The position numbers and the translations under genes are program-made. A DNA stretch of 64,000 nt from positions 992,001-1,056,000 of the forward strand of contig OX597822.1 in NCBI GenBank assembly GCA_951406725.2. Direction: 5' to 3'. Positions 24,429 to 37,749 of this stretch are shown here, piece by piece. The notes beneath the pieces are model-generated. The model saw nothing but the letters and a program-made list of their open reading frames with translations. It did no database searches and had not been told where the DNA came from. This DNA is from Octopus vulgaris. Its lineage: Eukaryota. How positions within the stretch are numbered: position 1 is the first letter of the stretch; every line of letters starts with the position of its first letter.

Positions 24429-25653
24429 TGTATGCACATGCGTATATGTATGCAATCCAACAACTATTACTACTCCTAGGATTAGACCTGCTCCATCTTT
24501 GACATGGCTCTAACCACTAGCCCCACCACCACCGGTACCAATATCAGAAACGCAAAATTTGATACAATTATAAAGAATACAATTAATAACAAAATACAAA
24601 AGGAAATAGAATCTACACTTTCAGAGATTAATGTAGTATTTTCCCACAAATATAAATCGAAATACATCGAAAATATTGCTATTGTTGTTAAGGCTGTGAA
24701 AATGCTTAGCGGCCTTTTGTCTGTATTCACGTTCTGCTGAGGTCGATTTTGCCTCTCATCCTTTCGGGGTCGGTGAAATGTGTACCAGTTACGCACTAAA
24801 ATTGCTGGCGTTGTGCCAATAGTAGAAAGAATTATTATTGTTGTTGTTGCTGTTGTTACAGTCATCATCTAAAGTAGTAGTAGTAGTAGTAGTAGTATAT
24901 TGTTGTCGTGTCTCCCTGGTATGAAACTATTACTAGCACTTATTTTAATACTGAGTGCATTAAATCATATATATCAGTGAGTGTGTGTGTGTATGCGTCT
25001 GTGTCTGTGTGTATGTATCTGTGTACATACATACATTCATACATAGATACATACACACGCATACACTCATACACATATACATAAACATACACACATATAT
25101 ATATAGATATAGGTAAGTAGAGCAGCGGTTGGAATAACCGTCTAAAGGATAAGAACATCCGTTATTACTATCGGTATAAATTACCTGTGTTAACCCTGGG
25201 CATGCAAGCAGTCTATGCTCATAGGGTGCGGGCAATAACAATAAACAAGAGTTTATCAAGAATCAAATTTAAAATAAGCAGAAAATGGAGAAAAATTTTG
25301 ATCATCAAACAAATTCACCTCAATCGGTTAATTATTTTTTAATAAAGAAACTTCAACATTACTTACAGCCGTTTCTACTACCAATGTCAGGCGGTGCCTC
25401 AAAATAAAATTATGAGAATAATGTTCATCTTTATAGTACATCCGATCAAACACATGGAGCTTCATCACAGTGAACACGAATACATAACAGGCAGAATGTA
25501 CTCTGGAATATTTTCTACTTACATATATGACTATGTGGGTTGTATATTTGTGTTGTGTCAGCTCTCCACCACCATTTGACAACCATACATATATACTCAT
25601 AAACATATAGTTGAGGATGTCCCCTAGTGGCTAGCGATATGTTCTATTATCGG

Positions 25654-25825
25654 ATTAAGTCGATTATATCGACCCCGGTGCGTAACTGGTACTTAGTTTA
25701 TCGACCCAAAAAGGCTGAAAGGCAAAGTCGACCTCGGCGGAATTTGAACTCAGAACGTAACGGCAGACGAAATACGGCTACGCATTTCGCCCGTCGTGCT
25801 AACGTTTCTGCCAGCTCGCCGCCTT
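25654..25825 (-). mobile_element. Family-A tRNA SINE
   Basis: Minus strand AAGGCGGCGAGCTGGCAGAAACGTTAGCACG...GAGTTCAAATTCCGCCGAGGTCGACTTTGCC. Confidence 0.9.
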
Positions 25826-25847
25826 GCAACAACATACCTGTGTGTGT

Positions 25848-27307
25848 ACTTACTTGTAGTTGTGACGGCGTTCACCAAGGGCGGGTTGAGCCGGCTTCTT
25901 CTTTGGTCCTGACGGCATCACCAACCATGGCGCCCCACGCTCGACGATCCTGTGCGAGGTCACTGGAGATAGCGAGCCATTCGCGGTTCCATATGCGCAG
26001 ACCGACCACCTGCGGACCTGAGAGTTCGGAGAGGTCCTCCTTTATCGTCGTTGCTCAGGTCTTCAGCTGCCCGCCATGTGTTTGCGCCAGTTGGGAAGTG
26101 GAGGTGGGAGGAGGACATCGCGAACCAGCTCACCCTCTGGACGCTGGGCCACATGACCGAACCACCTTAAGCGCCGTTGTAGAAGCACCGAAGGGAGGGG
26201 GCCGAAGATTCAAGCGATGATGAAGACCGGCTGTAGGAACCCGATCAATGCGTCAGCAGCGAAGAATGCGGCGGAGGCAGTCATTGTCGAACACCTCCGG
26301 CCTTCGCTGATCGACTGCCCTCATAGGCCATGTCTCACAACCATAGAGAAGGATAGTACGAACGACGGTCTGGTAGATTCGCCCTTTGGTCACCGAGGAG
26401 ATCTCTCTTCTGTCCCACAGGCACTACTGGGGGCGTACGAATGCGGATCAGGCAGCACCTATGCGACGCTAGACCTCGGCTGCTCCCTGGCTCGCAGGAA
26501 CCACCGTTGAACCCATGTAGACGAGGGAATCCACATCCTCCAGCTCCACGCCCTGGAGAACGATTAGCTGCCATTCATCTGCTGCGACCAGAGACGTCAT
26601 CATTTTGTTTTTGCCAGCATTGATCCGAAGACCAACAGCTGCTGCTACCTTATGCACCCTTTCGAGAGCATCTTGGACATCTGCCCGGTTAGAGCCCAAG
26701 AGTGTGATGTCATCTGCGTAGCCCAGGTCCGTCACCACGACCTTTACTCCCGGGTAGTCCCGAAGCGCAGTGTTGAGAATGTAATCGATGGCGTAATTGA
26801 ATAGGGTTGGCAAGAGCGCACAACCCTGTCGAACACCGGTAGTGACATCAAACGACACCGTCTCCCCGCCATAGACACTCACACGAGCCCACGTTGAACG
26901 ATAGTAATCCTGTATGAGGTTTAGCAGCTTCACATGTATACCCTCCGCCTGCATAATTCGCCAGAGGGATTCCCGATCCACCGAGTCGAAGGCAGCCGCA
27001 AAATCGATGAACCAGAGAACGGTAGGTTGTTGGTGCGCCCACCGCTGATCCAGGACTCGCCGGAGACTGAAGCTTTGATCAACGCACCCTCTTCCTGGAA
27101 GGAAGCCGCCCCGAGAAGGACGGGTACGGACATCACGGATGGCCTTGAGCCTCTTCAGAAGAAGGATTGCAAAGGTTTTGGTAGCCACATCGATCAAGCT
27201 GATGCATCAATGGTTGGAACACAGCTTTCTATTACCTTTTTTGAAGAAACGTAGAAGAGTTGCCTCGCTCCAGTCATGAGGAAAACGCTCCGTCGCCTTC
27301 TGTGAAT
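25848..27307 (-). mobile_element. 5'-truncated RTE-clade LINE (RT pseudogene)
   Basis: ORF 26469..27197 gives FIDFAAAFDSVDR, GVRQGCALLPTLF and LGYADDITLLG. The frame continues through stops to LLYGCETW. 3' tail GTAAGT-like; TSD CTGTGTGTGT at 25838-25847 and 27308-27317. Confidence 0.95.
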
Positions 27308-27579
27308 CTGTGTGTGTGTATGTGTGTGTGTGTGCGTGCGTGCGTGCGTACGTGCGTGTTTCTCTGTGTGTGTGTGTGTGTGTGTGCGTGGCGTGTCTCT
27401 GTATTTCTTTCTCTTTCCTTTTCTCTTGTCCACCGTTCGTCTTCTCGTTCACCTTTTTGCGCGTGTGTGTGTGTACAACAGGCTTCACAAGGCTTTCGTC
27501 GGCTCGCATCTATACTAAAAGAAACATTTCCCAGGTGCTGCATAAAGAACTCATTTAAATCATCTCATCATATTAGTTT

Positions 27580-27750
27580 CAAATTTCGGCACAAGAACAG
27601 GAGATTTGAGGAAAGGGCTTAGTTAATTACATCGACCCAGTGTTCAAGTGTTACTTATTTCATAAAGCAGGAAAGTTCGACCTCGGCAGCATTTGAACTC
27701 AGGACGTAAAAATGGATGGTATGCCGCTAACGATTCTGCCAGCTCGCCGT
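27580..27750 (-). mobile_element. Family-A SINE, degenerate
   Basis: Same head (GGCGAGCTGGCAGAATCGTTAGC) and body motifs, with deletions. Confidence 0.75.
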
Positions 27751-28944
27751 CCATAAACTCTTGTATCATATTAAATACAAATATTAACATTCTATACGGC
27801 AGAATTAATCTGTGAAATAAAAATCGGCAGTTTTGTAGATATAGAGATTAATTATTGAGAGAGTTCATTTCTAACATGTCCGGAGTAGATGTGCTCTAGA
27901 TCTTTTGAATTATATTCTGACGTGTTCCTGATTTCCTCTTCGACTGTGAATCTAATTCTTTATCCTAATATGCAATCATCTAAAAACGAATTTGATTTGA
28001 ACAAACATTAAACGGTTGTCTTTTACATGACTCTATAAAATGAAATTGAATTTATTATTAATTTTTTGAAATTAAGAACCAATTACACAAATTTTCTTTT
28101 TTTCTAAATTTCATGATGATAAAATAAATGAACTATGGGTCTAAATGTCATATGTAGATTAAATCTGTCATATAGGGAAGCAAATTTATAAAAATTAAAA
28201 CTATTATATTGTCGAAGATTTTTATAATGCTCATGTGTATGTGTGTGTGTGTGCGCGTGTGTGTGTGCGCGTGCGTGTGTGCGCGTGCGTGTGTGTGTAT
28301 AATATCTATTTATCCACAGACACGCACACCAGCACACGCACACACATACACATAATGGTTTGAAAATACGGAATTACATTTACGCAAGTATTGAGTTCTA
28401 TGTCTGTTTTTTCTACTAAAACTATATATACTCACGTATATGTATAATGTATATACATATACATACACACATACACACACACACACATATATATATATGT
28501 ATATATTTATATGCATATATGCTTTTTATGTGTCCGTGTACATCTGTGATATACAATATAAATGTGTGGGAGATTATGAGTACTGTGCGTGTGTGCATGC
28601 GTTTGTCTGTCTGTCTGTCTGTCTATTTGTATCTATGTATTTGCCTGCAGATAGATACTTATACACACATACAGATAGCGGAGTGTTACAATAACTAGAC
28701 AAGTCAAGAAAGATAGCATAAAGAACGTCAATGATAATAATAATAATAATAATAATTACAGCTCAAAGACTACAAACACTTTTCAGATCTTCGACGCCGC
28801 TGCAAAAAGCTTATATTGAGTTTTGTTTACTTTGCATTTATTTATTTCTATAAATGATTGTGCGGATTCATGCAGCAACGGATGCGTACATATGTGCATG
28901 TTCATGTATGCATGTATATATGTGTGCGTGTGTGTATATCTATG

Positions 28945-28990
<46 letters not shown>

Positions 28991-29241
28991 AGTGCGTGTG
29001 AATATGTGTGTCTGGGAACTTAACGCTTTGCTACTTTTTCGCTTCACTTCACTGATATTCATAAAAGTTCAAAATTTCCATTGTAAAGGCGCATACAGGC
29101 ACCTGAATGTTTACACAGCCATACCCAAACACACACACACACACACACACACACATATTCATGCACGTACAGTTTACTTACTCTCACTCCCTCCTCCTCG
29201 TTCTTTGTCTCCGTATATACTTATATATATACATACATACA

Positions 29242-29342
<101 letters not shown>

Positions 29343-29496
29343 GCGCGCGCATATATTCATACATATTTATTGATAAGCGTAAATATTATCCGAAATATAC
29401 ATCTAACCAAGCAGTGAAACTTACGCAGTCATATATTTTTACAGTCTCTTCTGTTGTCTTCTCAAATGTTTGTCAACGAGAGAAAGACGGAGAGAA

Positions 29497-29528
<32 letters not shown>

Positions 29529-29614
29529 TGAAAAAGAGAGAGAGAGAGAGATAGGCAGAAAGAGAACGACGGCAAATTCGTTAAATTACTCAAAATTTCT
29601 ATATATATGTAAAT

Positions 29615-29671
<57 letters not shown>

Positions 29672-29791
29672 GTATAGATACTCTCTCTCTCTCTATATAT
29701 ATATATATATGTACATGTATATATGAATGTGTGTGTATATATGTAACTGTGTGTATATCTTCAAATATGCATATCTATCTATCTACCTACC

Positions 29792-29903
<112 letters not shown>

Positions 29904-30732
29904 ATATGCACGCACACACTAACGAACGTATACACACACACACACATACATATATACATATACACGCACGCACGCACATTCTGACACATATATTGCAACA
30001 TACGCACACAAAACCTTGCATCCATGCATGTGTTTCTGTCTTCGTCAGTGTTCGTGTTTTCGCGTTTGTGTACGCGTGAGTACACGCAGCGTTCGAGTAT
30101 CACAGTGTGTGTGTGTGTGTGTGTGTACGTTTTAGACTTCGTGTATGTGTGTGTGTGTGTTTTAGAAAGTGTTCAGAAAACAGGGAAAAATAAACAAAAG
30201 GAACGCCAAAGACCTGAGGAGATAGAATTAAATAAAAACTTGAAAGAAAGAAAGAAAGGAAGGAAGGAAGGAAGGCAGGAAGGAAGAAGAAAGCAAGCAA
30301 TAAAGAAAGTAAGAAAAAGAAAGTATTCTGGTAAAAAAAAATGGTATAACAATTCTGATGGTTGTGGCGCTCGTGGTAGCGGTGTCTGGTGGCGGTGAAG
30401 AATTTGCAACGCTGTTCAGTTGTCTAATTCCATCGGGTGGGATTCATAAGCAATCGAAGTGGAAAAGATATGAGAATTACAAAATTTTTATTTTGATTTT
30501 ATTTGATTAACATTTATATTGAATTTCACTAATAAAATGCAATCAATACCGCCATTAATTTGTTACGCTAGATAATTTCAATTTTGCAAACCAATTGACC
30601 AAAAAGATAGATTCGCATGACAATCTGAAGATGACTTGATAACATTAATATTCCGAAAAAGCCCAGCCGTTCTCTCTTAGTTGATAAACAGACGTCCAAA
30701 CCTACAGAAATAATGGCTGCATTTCCAGGCGC

Positions 30733-31321
30733 TGTTGTTGTTATTATAATTATTGTTGTTGTTGTTGTTGTTGGTGGTGGTGGTGATGATGTTTTTGGAG
30801 TTGGTTGTGCTGGTGATGTTATTGGTTAGTGGTGGCGGTGGTTGTCGTGGTGGCGTTAATGGTGATGGCGGCGATTGTGGTGGCGGTGATGATGGTGGAG
30901 GTGATGGCGGCACCGGTGGTGGTGACGGTGGTGTTGGCGGCGGCGATGGTTGTGGCGGCGGTGGTGGTGGTAGTGTCGGTTTGTGGTAGGGGTGATGGTG
31001 GTAGCGATGGTGCAGCGGCGGTGGTTGTGATGGTGGCAGTTCTGGTGGTGGCGGTTGAGGTGGTGGCAGTGATGCTGATAGCAGTGGTAGGTGTTGACGG
31101 CGGTGATTGTTGCGTCGGTTTGTGGTGGTGGGTATTGGTGGTAGCGGTGTTGGTGGCGGTGATTTTTTTGTTGTCTGCTGCGGTGTGATGCCGCTGCTAC
31201 CATTATTATTGGTGTTGTTGTTGTTGGTGGTTGTTTGTAGTGGTGTCGTCGCCGTCGTCATCGTTTTCAATAATATTGTTGGTGGTGGTCATAACGTTGT
31301 TGTTGCTGTCTTCTTCTTCTT

Positions 31322-31378
<57 letters not shown>
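30733..31378. repeat. (GGT/GGC/GTT)n low-complexity region plus (TAT)n
   Basis: Direct reading; generates poly-G/poly-P ORFs. Confidence 0.88.
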
Positions 31379-31379
<1 letters not shown>

Positions 31380-31856
31380 CAATCAGGACTCACGCCATTA
31401 GCCACAAAAAATAATCTCTAATTCGAGCCTATTCTAAGCTACTAAGAATGCGTGTGGCAACTTGAAGATCCACCCACCACACGCGATAGACTGGCGGTTG
31501 CACGGGTGCGAAAGCTACGTTGTTATCCTCATTCTGTAAACGCTGGCTTTTAACGGATGGAGAGCTGAGCCATCCTGGGGTGCAGAGGATTCGCAATCTA
31601 GACTAGGGTCTGAAAGTTGCCCACACCACAGTGGGTTACACCATGGTTCCTCTGATTTGTGGAAGAAGCAGAAGGAAAGAGTGAGAGAAAGTTGTAGTGA
31701 AAGAGTACCGAGGGGTTCACCACCTACCCCCGCCGGAGACTCGTGGAGCTTAGGTGTTTTCGCTCAATAAACACTCACAATGCCCGGTGTGGGAATCGAA
31801 ACCGCGTTCATACGACCGCGAGTCCGCTGCCCTAACCACTGGGCCATTGCGCCTCC
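31379..31856 (-). mobile_element. Family-C tRNA(Arg)-like SINE, tail type 1 ending in (TAA)n
   Basis: Head GGAGGCGCAATGGCCCAGTGGTTAGGGCAGCGGACTCGCGGTC...GGTTTCGATTCCC (A/B boxes, TCG anticodon-like). Body shared with 54823-54997. Confidence 0.88.
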
Positions 31857-32445
31857 ACTGTTATTGGTGGTAGCAGAGGCGGCCGCGGTGGTAGAGCTAC
31901 TCATGGTGGTGACTCTTTACTTTGCTGTAATTCTGCCGCCCTCGTCATCGTTGCGGACATCGTCGTTGTTTCTCTTTCTGTTGTTCTTATTGACAGTATT
32001 ATCATTTTCTCCTAGTGTGGCGGTATTTTAGCTCCCCTTTTTTTTAGTTTAGTTTAGGAGGAGGAAGATGGTGTTGTTGTTGTTGGTGGTGGTTATGAGG
32101 TTGATGATGATGATGATGAAGGTAGAGGTGGCGGTGGTGGTGGTGGTGGTGGTACTGGCGAGGACGGCAACGCCGCTGTTGTTAGTGGGGAGTTGCTGCT
32201 CTTGTGATTTTTTTCCCGGTATGACTGTTTGTTAAAGGTGACTTTGTGGCGGCAGTGATACTTTACACCGTTGTGACTGTTGTTGTTGTTGTTGATGTTG
32301 CTGAGATGATGATATCAGTGATGGTTCTGTTGGATGACGACGTTACTATCGTGGCAGTGGTGATTGGAAAATGTTGACTTTGTTAATGAATTCTGTCGGC
32401 GCTAATGGCTGCTGCGATACTGATATTCAACAACAAGCAGCAGCT

Positions 32446-32720
32446 GAGCGAAAACACCTAAAGCTCCACCAGGCTCCGGCAGGGGTGGTGGCGACCCCTG
32501 TTGTAGTCTTTCGCTCCAACTTTCTCTCACTCTTTCTTCCTGTTTCTTGTCCCCGACTTCCTGTGCAACCGCGGAGAGCCTGGGTGCGTATTCATCCATC
32601 TGTCGATGCTCTCGGTGTCGGGGGTTGACCTGCTTTCTCTTCTGTGGGTCTTACGAATAGCAAAGGACCATGTTTCGGACTTCTCCCATCTTGCGAGCTC
32701 TGGGACGAAGACCGTTCGCT
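32446..32720 (+). mobile_element. Family-C SINE, 5'-truncated, tail type 2 ending in (CAA/CAG)n
   Basis: GAGCGAAAACACCTAAAGCTCCAC...CTTTCTCTCACTCTTTCTTCCTG is shared with the other family-C copies; the downstream sequence differs. Confidence 0.8.
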
Positions 32721-33012
32721 CAACAGCAACAGCAGGAGCAAGCAGCAGCAAAGTCGGTAGTGGTGGCTCTGATTCTGTTGATGCTGACGGCTGTGGTTCT
32801 GCTGATGAAGAGAATAGCGATGTGGTCTACAACAGCAATGACGATGGCGATAACGTTGATAGTTATAAAAATGTTGATGACGACGACGCTGATTACGATG
32901 ATAATGATTGATAATAATTAATGATGATTGTGATGGTCATTAAGATGTTGGGAGTAATGAAGTTATCGTTCTTGGTGTTTTTGTTGTTGTTGGATATGTT
33001 GATGATAATGTT

Positions 33013-33427
33013 TATTTCTTTAATGCCCACGGGGGCTAAACACAGAAGGGACAAACAAGGACAGATAAACGGATTAAGTCGCCTACATCGACCCAAGTGC
33101 GTAACTGGTACTTATTTAATCGACCCCGAAAAGAATGAAAGTTAATGTCGACCTCGGCGGAATTTGGACTCAGAACGTAGCGGCAGACAAAATACCTATT
33201 TCTTTACTACCCACAAGGAGCTAAACACAGAGGGGGCAAACAAGGACAGACAAACGGATTAATTCGATTACATCGACCCCCGTGCGTAACTGGTACTTAA
33301 TTTTATCGACCCCGAAAGGATGAAAGGCAAAGTCGACCTCGGCGGAATTTGAACTCAGAACGTAATGGCAGACGAAATACCGCTAAGCATTTTGCCGGGC
33401 GTGCTAACGTTTCTGCCAGCACGCCGC
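33013..33427 (-). mobile_element. Family-A SINE head-to-tail dimer
   Basis: A full copy (33427-33195) runs via GGTATTT into a second headless unit (33195-33013). Confidence 0.9.
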
Positions 33428-33464
33428 ATTATGTTGATGATAATGTTAATGATGGTAGCATTGG

Positions 33465-33522
<58 letters not shown>

Positions 33523-33850
33523 GGTGGTGGTGGTGGTGGTAGTGGTGGAGATAGGGGTGGTTGGAAATGGCGGAGGCGTTGAGGACGACAACATCGATGA
33601 CGACTTCAATGTTGACGTCGGTGCTGACATCAAGATTGCAATTATCAAGAAAGCGATGATTATGACGAGTGTGATGAAGATTGTGGCGCTGACGGCAGTG
33701 ATGACAACGACGACGATCACACTTTAATAATTGGCAGTTAATGTTTCTGTCTCCGTCGCCGAAATGTAGAACTGACATAACCAACGGTTCTTCCTGCAAT
33801 CGTAGTTTCCTACAATGAAACTGCAAAACTGAGAGGAAAAGAAAATTTAA

Positions 33851-34048
<198 letters not shown>

Positions 34049-34146
34049 TAAGAATATATAAAGCATATATGTATACACTGTATGCATGCATATATTTTTT
34101 TACTTGCTTTTACGAGTTTCAGTCATTTGTGGCTATGCTAGAGCAC

Positions 34147-34205
<59 letters not shown>

Positions 34206-34285
34206 CTGTGTGTGTAGGTATATATATATATATATATATATAGGTATGTATATGCGTATATGCATATATATATACGGGCATATGT

Positions 34286-34713
34286 TTCCTGGAGCTAAAT
34301 AGCAGTAACATTCGTCTTAACCAGGACTACTACATTACGTTGGCAAATAATCTTACTCTAGAGTTCTGTTATCCAACGTCTCCTGTTCAGAGATTTAGAA
34401 ATAGTAATTTTCTATTTCATTCGATCAGTAACTGTGAGTCACTTTGACAAACTATATATTTCGAACAAAAATTTAGTAGCCCCACCTCTTGTCGATCAGT
34501 TATTCTGAGCTGTTGAAGAGATATAACCCAGAAACCGCAATACACAGACATTTTGTGCTGGGTGGGGATGCTAATCTCCCTTGTCCGAAAATATAAGGAC
34601 ACAGATAGTGTGTTGTATAGACACCTGGAGAAGATGATTCCTGGGGCTAAATAGCAGTAGCACTCATCCTAACTAGGACTGCCATATTATGTAGGCAAAT
34701 AATCGTTACTCTA
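34286..34713 (+). repeat. ~352-bp period partial tandem (75-bp direct repeats) with a decayed hammerhead; retrozyme/pLTR-like
   Basis: 34286-34360 matches 34638-34713; hammerhead-like motif at 34505-34547; flanked by (TA)-rich tracts. Confidence 0.7.
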
Positions 34714-34733
34714 TACATGTATATATATATATG

Positions 34734-34804
<71 letters not shown>

Positions 34805-34902
34805 GTGTGTGTAAATATATAAATATATATATATATATATATGTATGTATATATAGAAAAAAAGCGAAGGTAGAAAATGGTAAAATGATTTTATAAAAAA
34901 CA

Positions 34903-34944
34903 TTTCAGTATCAGTTTCAGTCATTGAGACTTCTTCAACTGGAA
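34903..34944 (-). ncRNA. Minimal type I hammerhead variant (U at position 3)
   Basis: Minus strand TTCCAG-TTGAAGA-AGTC TCAAT GACT-GAAA-CTGA-TA-CTGAAA. Perfect 4-bp stem II, 5/6-bp stem I, stem III eroded. Confidence 0.6.
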
Positions 34945-35414
34945 AACAATTAAATCCAGGAAAAATTAAATGAAAAGTTTTTAAAAGAATATTTGCATAG
35001 TTGTAAAATACAAAGGACATGTTCCTTGCTTCTGCCTGTCTCTGTCTCTCTTGTTTACCCTTGTGAGTTCGAGGTCGTTGTGAATTCATGGCAGAGAAGA
35101 AGAAAAAGAAGAAGTAGAAGAAGGAGGAGGAAAAGAATAATGTGGGATAGTAGTAGGAGGTTAAATGGTGAAGTGCCCTCAAAGTGACTTGTTGTGGGTG
35201 GTAGTAGTGATTGAAATTCTTGAGATATCTCTTTTGAAGGTATTGTTTATATTATTTGCATAGGTATTATTCTAAACAACAGTAGTGGTAAAGAAAGGAA
35301 GGAGGTGGTGGAGATTAAGAAAACGAAGAAGGAGGAGAAAGAGAAGAATAGAGAATGATAAGAGAATGTGGGATGGTATGATGGTATGATGGTATGTATG
35401 ATTATATATGTATA

Positions 35415-35599
<185 letters not shown>

Positions 35600-35600
<1 letters not shown>

Positions 35601-36200
35601 ATACCTACATATATATGTATATATACATGCATATATGGGTACAGGACATAAAAAAAGTTGAACACAATGAGAAACGAAAACATAAAAGCAAAAACAAATG
35701 AACTTTTTTTTTTGAACAACAAAAAAACAAACAAACAGAGAAATGAGCCACGCAGCATAAAGAATATTCCCCTTCTTCAGTTGTCCATGTTTCAACTACT
35801 CCGCGTTCGAAGGCAAGAACAAGACGCGACTCTCGTTGAAACAATTCTTCCCGCAAAGCAAATTAAATAATATTTGGGATTTTTTGCGGAGGGTGAAAGT
35901 GGTAGCAAGAATAGGACAATGAGAACAAAACAGAAAAAAACAAACGGTGAGAGTTGTTAAGCTGAGACGATAGAAAAATTATTATGAACGCTAGGAAGAC
36001 GTGCTTATGAGAGGAGACAGTATAAGCACGTTTAGTCTTTAGGAAGATATTGGGCAGAAAGATAGATTCCCTTTCGTCACGTGTCAGCGACGAGAGAGTC
36101 AAGGAGGAAGAGTGAGAGAGAGGGAACGGTGAAGAGGAGAGGAAAAGAATAGGGAAGGGTGGGAGAGAAAACCAGAAAGGATGAAGAACAAGAGAGGGAA
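35600..36200 (-). repeat. ~750-bp dispersed repeat (copy 2, permuted)
   Basis: 35600-35905 matches the reverse complement of 7103-7400; 35910-36200 matches the reverse complement of 7560-7848. Confidence 0.85.
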
Positions 36201-36802
36201 TATATATATATGTATATGTGTGTATGTTGATTTAATAGCAGTTCCGGTCTTATACAACAATAACTGTCGTGTTTTAGTTATATCGAATTGTATTCTTTAC
36301 TTTTAAAGGTGTGGATACATTCTGTATGTATGCATGTATGTATGTATGTATGTATGTATGTATGTATGTATGTATGTATGTATGTATGTATGTATGAATG
36401 TATATATGTATGTATGTATGTATTGGATATTTATGTATGTATGAATATATTAACGTGTATTAGTGTGTATATATAAAACTGAAGAGCTTGGAGATCATCT
36501 CCGATACATGAGGAATACAAGCACAAAACCGCACTACCTGGTGAAACTGCATTAACAGAGGTGTCACTTCCTACGAACAAAACAGAGTTGCAGGGACACA
36601 AAGAAAACTCGGAGTATAATAGTCCAAAACCAATTCATTGCCTTCAGCCCCAACATACCACTACTGCCCGAGCTGCAGCAGACCCTTCTGAGCAATATAT
36701 CGAACTGACTGGTCTCAGCCGGATACACTAGGCCCTGCATTCTTTTCCTATGTGATGCCCCTGACCAATGACGGGTGAACTAATAATAATAATATACACA
36801 CA

Positions 36803-36868
<66 letters not shown>

Positions 36869-36877
36869 CATGCATAC

Positions 36878-36950
<73 letters not shown>

Positions 36951-37241
36951 CAAAATTTAGAGGAATGACCACTAATAGTGGACAGCCTGCATGCTAGATA
37001 TAGACGTCAAACTCGCCATTTACCACGAAGAATGTGTTCTCAAGAAAAATGTCAGCAAAAACCAAAGTTTAAAAATAAGACAAATGAAAATATACAAAAA
37101 TAAAAACCGATTACCTACGTACTAATTAGTTTCACTTGTTAATATTTACGTATATGGATACGTAAACATCTGCAAGAGTTTGACGTCTATATCTAGCAAA
37201 CAGGCTGTCCACTATTAGTGGTCATTCCTCTAAATTTTGTA
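36951..37241. repeat. ~65-bp inverted repeat (36951-37014 / 37176-37241), Penelope-like terminal structure
   Basis: CAAAATTTAGAGGAATGACCACTAATAGTGGACAGCCTG..GACGTCAAACTC and its reverse complement. Confidence 0.85.
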
Positions 37242-37307
37242 AGTATAAAATTTTTAATCTTCGGATTTTTTAAGAAATATGCTAGGCCACTGGTTTTTAT
37301 TGATTAA

Positions 37308-37699
37308 CTAGCAGTATCGCCCGGCGTTGCTCGGGTTTGTAAGGGAAATAACTATATAAGCATTTTTAGAGAGTTACTTCCCTTATAGATGCCAATTCGG
37401 GCTTTCTTAGCCATTTCTGTTTTGGTGTCTTCAAGCCATGAAGTCGTTGTTCTAAAAAAACGCTGGTCTCCTTGACACACGAAAAATTATGCATTAAAAT
37501 GGAATAAAAAATAATGTTAAATTATTTTTAAAATCGTAGACTCATCGTTGACGCATGCTAATAGCCAGACGGGCTCGATATGAATCACGACTATAAGATA
37601 CCCGAATTTGGTTAAACTGCACCGCAAAATGTGGGAGGAGTTAGGAATCTAAATCGAAGGGGACAGACACACACACAACTAGAGTTTTATATATATAGA
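37308..37699 (-). mobile_element. Non-autonomous Helitron
   Basis: Minus strand starts A|TCTATATATATAAAAC and ends with the hairpin CCCGAGCAACGCCGGG then GATACTGCTAG|T. 5'-TC, 3'-CTAG, A/T target, no TSD. Confidence 0.9.
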
Positions 37700-37712
37700 T
37701 ATCAATTTCTAT

Positions 37713-37749
<37 letters not shown>

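Noticed and set aside
25627-26220. 197-aa plus-strand ORF
   Set aside because: Chimeric antisense reading through a SINE and the GC-rich RTE 3' end.
30677-31270. Pro-rich extensin/formin-like ORF (also 12990..13379)
   Set aside because: Degenerate (GGT)n low-complexity DNA that is open in several frames on both strands.
31780-31856. tRNA-Arg-like sequence (also 54823-54895)
   Set aside because: SINE head: it continues into a shared repeat body and lacks a proper acceptor stem.
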